From the NCBI RefSeq assembly GCF_000010625.1, contig NC_010296.1, positions 2,580,001 through 2,612,000 on the forward strand: a DNA stretch of 32,000 nucleotides. Reading direction: 5' to 3'. The stretch is from Microcystis aeruginosa NIES-843 (GTDB lineage: Bacteria > Cyanobacteriota > Cyanobacteriia > Cyanobacteriales > Microcystaceae). Shown one piece after another: positions 25,804 to 32,000 of this stretch (the stretch's first letter is position 1; each line of letters opens with the position of its first letter). The notes beneath the pieces are model-generated. The model saw only the letters and a list, made by a program, of their open reading frames with translations, had not been told where the DNA came from and ran no database searches. The position numbers and the translations under genes are program-made.

Positions 25804-28800
25804 ATGACTTCTACCCTGTTGTCGATTCTTCCTGTTGTTGACGATGTTTTGTTCAATTTCGCTCAATCTGATGGCTTTTGGGCAAATTTGGCCATCGCTT
25901 TTGGCACAAGTTATGATGTGGTTAAGGCGACGGAATTACAACAGCAGTGGCACAGCCGAAATTTTAGTCAAATTCCCCCGATTGAGGTACTCAGTGATGA
26001 AGTTTTGGGGACGGCGAATGGTGCATATTCCAGCAGTACGAATAAGATTTATCTATCAGCATCTTTTTTAAATACGGCCTCGTCAGCAGCGATAATTAAT
26101 GTAATTTTAGAAGAGATTGGGCATTATGTGGATGCTCAAATTAATCCGGTGGATAGTGCGGGAGATGAGGGGGCAATTTTTTCAGAGTTGGTGCAAGGTA
26201 ACAGTCTGGATGTGGCAACCTTAGACGCTTTACGAGCAGAGAATGACCAGACAACAATTATAGTAAATGGGGAAATTATTCAAGTAGAACAGGCAGATTT
26301 TACGGGGACTAATGGTAATGATAATATTACGGGAACTTCTGCAAGTGATAATATTTTTGGGTTAGATGGCAATGATACTTTAAGTGGTCTGGGGGGAAGC
26401 GATAATATTTATGGGGGTAATGGTAATGACTCTCTTAACGGTGGGGATGGAAGTGATTACTTTACCAACGATGCAGGTAATGACACGATAAATGGTGGTA
26501 GTGGGACTGATCGCTATGAGGTTGACTACAGTAGTGCTAGTAGCGGTTTAACCATGACCTACAATACCACTACCGGGAGTGGGACGATTACTGTCGGTAC
26601 AGAAACTGATACCTTTACTTCGATTGAGAGTTTTAACGGGTTTAAGGGAACTGAGTATAATGATGTCATTTTTGGCGGGACAGAAAGTGAATTTTATTAT
26701 TATTATGGCGCTCTCTCAGGTGGAAGTGGTAACGATACTATTTCAGGTAATGCTGGTTTTGACGAAATTTATGGAGAGGATGGGAATGATGTCCTCAATG
26801 GTGGTGCTGATAATGATCAACTTTATGGTGGTAGTGGGAATGATAGCCTCAATGGTGATGCAGGAGATGATTACTTTACCAATGAGGACGGTAATGACAC
26901 GATAAATGGTGGTAGTGGGATTGATCGCTATGAGGCTGACTACAGCTATGCTAGTAGCGGTTTAACCATGACCTACAATACCGCTACCGGGAGTGGGACG
27001 ATTACTGTCGGTACAGAAACTGATACCTTTACTTCGATTGAGAGTTTTGAAGGGTTTAAGGGAACTGAGTATAATGATGTCATTTTTGGCGGGACAGAAA
27101 ATGAATATTATGAGGGTGGACTCAAAGGTGGAGGTGGTAACGATACTATTTCAGGTAATGCTGGTTTTGACAGAATTTATGGAGAAGATGGGAATGATGT
27201 CCTCAATGGGGGTGTAGGTAATGATCAGCTTTATGGTGGTAATGGGAATGATCTCCTCAATGGTGATTCAGGAGATGATTACTTTACCGGCGATGAAGGC
27301 AATAATGACACGATAAATGGTGGTGCTGGTAGTGATAGCTATCATGCTGACTACAGCTATGGTAGTAGTGGTTTAACCATGACCTACGACACCGCTGGGA
27401 GTGGAACGATTACTGTCGGTACGGAAACTGATACCTTTACTTCGATTGAGAGTTTTGATGGGTTTAAGGGAACTGATTATAATGATGTCATTTTTGGCGG
27501 TACAGCTGTTGAGCAACTCTATGGTAGAGAGGGTAACGATACCATTTCAGGTAATGCTGGTAGTGACTACATTTATGGAGAGAATGGGAATGATGTCCTG
27601 AATGGTGGAGATGGTTATGATGATCTTTATGGTGGTAATGGGAATGACACCCTACAAGGAACAGATGGCGGTACAGGAGAATCTGATTATTTAGTAGGAG
27701 GTTCAGGAAGCGATCGCTTTATTCTTGCAGATACGACAAAGACCTTCTATGATGACGGTTTGACAGCTACTGAAGGTACTAGCGACTACGCGGAAATTGC
27801 CGGCTTTAGCACGATTGATGATACAATTCAACTACGCGGTTCAAGTAGTGACTATCTCTTAACAGTTTCTGGTTCCACTACTAATCTCTACATCAACAAA
27901 CCAGGAAGCGAAGCAGATGAACTGATTGCTTATATCAGTAATCAAACAGCATTAAGTCTAACTGCTAGTTATTTTAGCTATGTTTCTAGTCCTACTCTTC
28001 CCAGTATTACTCTTGCGGTTTCTCCCGCAAGTGTTACCGAAGATGGGACAACTAACTTAGTCTATACCTTCACCCGTACCGGAGTAACCACTGATGCTTT
28101 AACTGTTAACTATACAGTTAGTGGGACAGCAACCAATGGAACCGATTACGCTTCTATTCCCACCAGCGTCATCTTTGCGGCTAATTCAGCGACTGCGACG
28201 GTAATCGTTGACCCCACTGCTGACACAACAGTAGAAAGTGATGAAACTGTTATTTTAACCCTCGCTGCGGGGACAGGTTATACAATAGGTACGACCACCC
28301 CAGTGACGGGAACAATTAATAATGATGACAGTGCCTCTATTTCAATCAATGACGTAACTGTTAGCGAAGGAAATAGCGGGACTACCAATGCAGTCTTTAC
28401 CGTCACCCTTTCCAATCCAGTTGATACATCTGTCACCCTCAATTACGCCACAGCCAATGGAACCGCTACGACAGCAGATAATGATTATACAGCGATTGCT
28501 ACTACTCCCTTAACCTTCAATGTTGGGGAGACTTCTAAGACGATTACTGTTGCTGTCAATGGCGATACTAAAGTTGAAAATAACGAGACTTTCTTCGTCA
28601 ATCTGAGTAACTTACAAGCCAATGGTCGTAATGTTACGATAACCGATAATCAAGGACAAGGTACGATTAATGATGACGATAGCACTGTCACCTCGCAACT
28701 CTCCATCAACGACATCACCGTGGTGGAAGGTCAAAATAGTAATGCAATCCTCACCGTCACTGTAAATAATCCAAGTACACAACAAATTACTGTCAACTAT

Positions 28801-28983
28801 ACCACTACAGCCATTGATGCTACCGCTAATGTAGATTACACTAGCAAAACTGGAACTATCACCATTGCACCTAATACTGCCACTGCTACTATTAGCATTC
28901 CCATCCTCAATGATAACCTCAATGAACCTGATGAAGCCTTTACAGTAACCCTGTCAAATGGGAGCATCTCACCTTTGCAATAA
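25804..28983 (+). CDS. Large RTX (hemolysin-type Ca-binding repeat) / Calx-beta protein, 3'-truncated by an IS end
   Basis: 1059 aa. Many GGxGxD nonapeptides, three 136-138 aa tandem modules, three Calx-beta-like domains from about 28002. The last 7 codons and the stop come from the IS terminal repeat starting at 28960. Confidence 0.8.
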   Translation: MTSTLLSILPVVDDVLFNFAQSDGFWANLAIAFGTSYDVVKATELQQQWHSRNFSQIPPIEVLSDEVLGTANGAYSSSTNKIYLSASFLNTASSAAIINVILEEIGHYVDAQINPVDSAGDEGAIFSELVQGNSLDVATLDALRAENDQTTIIVNGEIIQVEQADFTGTNGNDNITGTSASDNIFGLDGNDTLSGLGGSDNIYGGNGNDSLNGGDGSDYFTNDAGNDTINGGSGTDRYEVDYSSASSGLTMTYNTTTGSGTITVGTETDTFTSIESFNGFKGTEYNDVIFGGTESEFYYYYGALSGGSGNDTISGNAGFDEIYGEDGNDVLNGGADNDQLYGGSGNDSLNGDAGDDYFTNEDGNDTINGGSGIDRYEADYSYASSGLTMTYNTATGSGTITVGTETDTFTSIESFEGFKGTEYNDVIFGGTENEYYEGGLKGGGGNDTISGNAGFDRIYGEDGNDVLNGGVGNDQLYGGNGNDLLNGDSGDDYFTGDEGNNDTINGGAGSDSYHADYSYGSSGLTMTYDTAGSGTITVGTETDTFTSIESFDGFKGTDYNDVIFGGTAVEQLYGREGNDTISGNAGSDYIYGENGNDVLNGGDGYDDLYGGNGNDTLQGTDGGTGESDYLVGGSGSDRFILADTTKTFYDDGLTATEGTSDYAEIAGFSTIDDTIQLRGSSSDYLLTVSGSTTNLYINKPGSEADELIAYISNQTALSLTASYFSYVSSPTLPSITLAVSPASVTEDGTTNLVYTFTRTGVTTDALTVNYTVSGTATNGTDYASIPTSVIFAANSATATVIVDPTADTTVESDETVILTLAAGTGYTIGTTTPVTGTINNDDSASISINDVTVSEGNSGTTNAVFTVTLSNPVDTSVTLNYATANGTATTADNDYTAIATTPLTFNVGETSKTITVAVNGDTKVENNETFFVNLSNLQANGRNVTITDNQGQGTINDDDSTVTSQLSINDITVVEGQNSNAILTVTVNNPSTQQITVNYTTTAIDATANVDYTSKTGTITIAPNTATATISIPILNDNLNEPDEAFTVTLSNGSISPLQ
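26428..27645 (+). repeat. Three tandem 396-414 bp coding repeats inside the RTX gene
   Basis: Units start at 26428, 26842 and 27250. They include long identical runs such as gggacgattactgtcggtacagaaactgatacctttacttcgattgagagtttt. Confidence 0.9.
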
Positions 28984-29014
28984 GTAGAAATGCTTAATGA
29001 GATCAATAAAAAAG

Positions 29015-29422
29015 TTAAAAAAGGCAACCATTTAGATAAGCACAGCGATGACGAAGGACTTGCGGTACATTACCAGATTCCCAACTTGCACCAGTAATTT
29101 TAAGACGATGAGCAATTTGTTTAATTTTTGATTCAACAGAGCCAGAGCCAATCGAAATGCCCTCTGCCTGCAAATAACCATAATTGACAATTCGATGTTT
29201 ATGCTTGTTCAAATAAATAATAAAATTCTCCACTTGCGGCTCTGACCATCCCTCAAAACAGGAGATAGCAGCATCCACTTCCCCCTTCCATAGAAAACAT
29301 TTTACCTCATCAATCCGCTGGAATGACCCGCCAACTTTATAGAGGTTTTCGATTAAATGATACCAATCCAATATTTCAATTCTTTCCTGTTTCTCTCCTA
29401 TCTGACCAAATAAATTCCAGAT
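29015..29422 (-). pseudogene. C-terminal fragment of the ISKra4-like transposase
   Basis: The reverse strand reads IWNLFGQIGEKQERIEILDWYHLIENLYKVGG...IGSGSVESKIKQIAHRLKITGASW...AYLNG. Confidence 0.65.
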
Positions 29423-29423
29423 A

Positions 29424-30653
29424 AGCTAAAACGCACTTAAACCACCTAAAATAGAAATAGTAATTTTAGAAAAATCCTACTTATGCCAGCAAAAGATTTC
29501 CTAGACTTAGAAGAAAAGAAAAACTTACAAAAAGCTCTTAAAGAAGAAGAAAGAGCAGAGGTTAGGGAAAGAATTTTAATGTTTCTCTTGCTAAACGACG
29601 GAAAAACTCAACGAGAAATAGCTGACTTTATTGGCTGTTCACTCAAAACGGTCGCCCCTTGGTGTGTTCACGGTGATCCTAACAATTTAGAAAGTCTAGA
29701 AGATGGGAGAAAAAATGGAAATCATAAAAAAGCCACAGAGGAATATATTAATTTACTATTAAAAATAGTTGATGAAGACCCGAAGGAATTTGGATATGAA
29801 TTCGGGAGATGGACAGCGGCAAGATTAGCAGAGCATCTAGAAAAGGAAACAAGAATTAAACTGAGTGGCTCGCAAGTGAGAAGAATATTGAGAAGAAAAA
29901 AGTATGTGTATATCTGGGCGAAATATAGTCTAGAAGATAAGCAAGACAAGAAATTAAGAAAAGCATTTAAAGAAAAATTAGATGAATATTTAAGGTTGGC
30001 TAAAGAAAAGCCAGAGTCAATCCAGGTATGGTTTTGGGACGGGGCTTTCAAGGTGGCGACGCAGGTTCGCCACACAGCCCCTCATGAGTGTGGATTTAGT
30101 TTGAGAGTAATAAGAAGGAGAGCTTGGACAAAAAAAGGAAAGCGAAAAAAAGTGAATGGACAAAGAAAAAGAGGAAGGGTGAATGTGATGGGAGCCTTAA
30201 GATATAATGACAAAAAACGAGTCTGTTTTATGATCAAAAAAGGAAATTCAGAAACTTTCCATGAACAATTAAAGAAACTTCATGAAGAGATTCGTCAAGA
30301 ATGGATAAACTTGGGAAATCTGCCCGAAGATTTTCGAGAAAAAGGACCGAAAATTATCATCATATTAGACAATGCTAGTTATCACAAAAAGAAAGATGTT
30401 ATTGAGCAGGTGGAAAAAGAGTTGCCCAATATTAGGCTAGAGTTTTTACCAGCTTATAGTCCAGATTACAACCTAATAGAATTAGTGTGGCATTCCGCTA
30501 AAGAGTACATAGCTAATCGAGAATTTGAAAATAAAGAAGAACTGGAAAAAGTAGTCAATCAGCTTTTAAATGAAGGGGGATTGATTATTAAATGGAGTAG
30601 AAAACTTAAAAATAAGGGTAATGCTGTCAATGTAACTTAAATGCGTAAAAGCT
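29424..30653 (+). mobile_element. IS630-family insertion sequence nested in the ISKra4-like transposase gene
   Basis: 1230 bp with imperfect terminal repeats (agctaaaacgcacttaa / agcttttacgcatttaa). TA duplication at 29422-29423 and 30654-30655. Removing it restores ...GDGHDGIWNLF... in frame. Confidence 0.8.
29483..30640 (+). CDS. IS630-family DDE transposase carrying a 45-bp in-frame insertion at the first catalytic motif
   Basis: 385 aa. N-terminal HTH, DNASYH and YSPDYNLIELVW motifs. The expected WDECGF reads WD-GAFKVATQVRHTAPH-ECGF. Confidence 0.8.
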   Translation: MPAKDFLDLEEKKNLQKALKEEERAEVRERILMFLLLNDGKTQREIADFIGCSLKTVAPWCVHGDPNNLESLEDGRKNGNHKKATEEYINLLLKIVDEDPKEFGYEFGRWTAARLAEHLEKETRIKLSGSQVRRILRRKKYVYIWAKYSLEDKQDKKLRKAFKEKLDEYLRLAKEKPESIQVWFWDGAFKVATQVRHTAPHECGFSLRVIRRRAWTKKGKRKKVNGQRKRGRVNVMGALRYNDKKRVCFMIKKGNSETFHEQLKKLHEEIRQEWINLGNLPEDFREKGPKIIIILDNASYHKKKDVIEQVEKELPNIRLEFLPAYSPDYNLIELVWHSAKEYIANREFENKEELEKVVNQLLNEGGLIIKWSRKLKNKGNAVNVT

Positions 30654-31310
30654 TACCATCATGTCCATCTCCTAAACAAATTAAAGGTTCAGCCAAAACT
30701 TGAGAATTAACCAAATCTAATAAAGCCGAGTTATCTTGAAAAAAGGCCGCTACCCCCAGTTGATGAAAACTCACTGCTTTATAATCACGCCAAATCAAGG
30801 CTTTTCCCTTGGCAGTTCTTAGTCGTACCTTACCGCCATCTATGCTCATTTCTTCCACTTCGACTTCTGGGTTAGACGGTAATTCTTCAAAAGCATAGCG
30901 ATGCACGAGGCGTTGTTGGGTACTGTGAGAAACAGCAATCCCTGTCAATGATTTGATTTTCTGCGCCGATTTCTCGTAGGATTCATCGCCACTTAATAAC
31001 AAACAGTTCTTCTCTAACATTGGACTCATCTGAGTCCGAGGCTTTACTTCTAACTTCTTCGCTTGTTTTTCTGTAATTGGTAATTCCCCCAAAATACTTT
31101 TCACTTTTCTCGTCCGACCGGCGGTTTCTTCTGTGCTTGTTTTGACAAAAAAATACCGATTTCTGGGTTGACATAATGAATCATTAAATCTCTGACTGTC
31201 TCCTCTATCTCTCCCAAGTTATTAAATTTCTTAATTGGGGATTGCTCATAGAGACATTGCCCTAACTCTTGACATAACTCTTTAATTCTTTTTTCATTTT
31301 CTGATAACAT
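30654..31310 (-). pseudogene. N-terminal part of the ISKra4-like transposase, with one frameshift near 31101-31104
   Basis: ORF 31310-31101 ends ...PPVGREK-stop. ORF 31104-30637 continues VKSILGEL... in another frame. One missing G (aag gtg read as aagtg) would join them. Confidence 0.6.
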
Positions 31311-31459
31311 TGAATTATTCCTCCTATCGAGCCATATTCTGAATTGTAAGCTATAACTATTATAATCTCATTTCTCTTTGTGATCAAGTTGAAGATTTTC
31401 TAGTTGTTGACGGCTATAAGCATTAATACTCATTGCATAAGTGAGATGCTCCCTCTAAC

Positions 31460-32000
31460 TATGGGGGTATAGAACAAAGATGGTTGCTAGTTGAAAGTCA
31501 AGCTAGACAAGAATCAGACTTGAAAAAATTAGAGAAAAAAATCGAGCAGGAAAAGAATTCTGCCCAAGAAAAAATCCGGCAACTATCCCGAAGAGAATTT
31601 GAGAATAGAGCGGTGGCGTTGGCGATAGCCAAAGGATTATCTGACTCCTTAAAATCTCATCAGTTAACGGAGATTAAAGTCAATCTCATTCCGCCTGAGT
31701 CCCAGGGGTCAAAACTCAAATCAAAAGACGATTTACCCTCTCAAAGCTATCAAGTTCAAGCCGAATTAGAGTTGAATTTGGCAGCGATTGAGAGGCTAAA
31801 GAAACGAGCAGGACGATTCGTTTTAGCAACTAACGATTTGGAGAAAAAACGATTGAGCAGTGAGGATATACTCAAAAAATATAAGGGGCAACAAGCTCCA
31901 GAAAGAGGATTTTCTTTTCTCAAAGACCCCTGCTTTTTTGCTGACAGTGTCTTTCTCAAATCTCCCCATAGAATCGAGGTCATGGCCATGCTCATGGGCT
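31460..32000 (+). pseudogene. IS1634-family (IS4-like) transposase, internal/C-terminal fragment running off the window
   Basis: Open frame from 31460: YGGIEQRWLLVESQ...RAGRFVLATNDLEKKRLSSEDILKKYKGQQAPERGFSFLKDPCFFADSVFLKSPHRIEVMAMLMG. Its 5' part is missing and is replaced by the ISKra4-like element end. Confidence 0.65.

Larger units (their letters stand above)
28960..31453 (-). mobile_element. ISKra4-like insertion sequence, inactivated (interrupted by the IS630-family element; transposase also frameshifted)
   Basis: Imperfect ~27-bp terminal inverted repeats: gggagcatctcacctttgcaataagta at 28960 and the reverse complement of tactcattgcataagtgagatgctccc ending at 31453. The family call rests on my recollection of the GDG..IWN / LDWYH..ENLYK / IGSG.VES motifs. 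Confidence 0.65.

Noticed and set aside
26579-27601. Three similar plus-strand off-frame ORFs (MGRLLSVQKLIPLLRLRV...) inside the RTX gene
   Set aside because: It is the same out-of-frame reading recurring in each of the three tandem DNA repeats. There is no independent support.
28836-29027. 63-aa minus-strand ORF bridging the RTX gene end and the IS end
   Set aside because: It crosses an insertion junction and is antisense to the RTX gene; a chance ORF.
31095-31110. Programmed -1 frameshift in the ISKra4-like transposase at gagaaaagtga
   Set aside because: A single missing G (aag gtg read as aagtg) restores a continuous REK-VKSILG reading. The element is already disrupted by the IS630-family insertion, so a simple inactivating deletion is more likely.

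Overview
Cyanobacterial chromosomal DNA. It is AT-rich, I counted at least 11 HIP1 octamers (GCGATCGC), and heptanucleotide tandem arrays sit at many gene ends. Repeat style and gene content look most like Microcystis, but that is an inference, not a search result.

Bases 1-21.7 kb are mostly housekeeping genes: FAD oxidoreductase, cysS, a fused osmoprotectant ABC permease/binding protein, a CHAD protein, fused pyrF-pyrE, DUF1816, a carA-STAS-mrnC-rlmB block, a pentapeptide-repeat protein, trhO, tRNA-Ala(UGC), recO and an MFS transporter. Interspersed are three copies of a roughly 200-215 bp TA-flanked MITE, a possible fourth relative, and a tandem pair of hendecad-repeat tail-anchored proteins next to a zinc-ribbon/Ser-Thr-kinase/RDD fusion.

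Bases 21.7-32 kb are accessory:
- An island of Rpn/YhgA-like PD-(D/E)XK nuclease genes with DUF4351-like C-termini: three full genes plus one 5'-truncated copy, punctuated by four copies of a 33-bp palindrome.
- A 1059-aa RTX/Calx-beta protein gene cut off at its 3' end.
- A nested IS pile: an IS630-family element inside an ISKra4-like element, which abuts an IS1634-family transposase fragment.

The best candidate for something new is in the Rpn-like island. Every copy has a GGAGG Shine-Dalgarno-like motif plus an in-frame ATG exactly at the start of the C-terminal module. This suggests nested small proteins, analogous to intragenic antitoxins. One copy has been reduced to just that module.

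All product calls come from motif recognition by eye; no database search was run.
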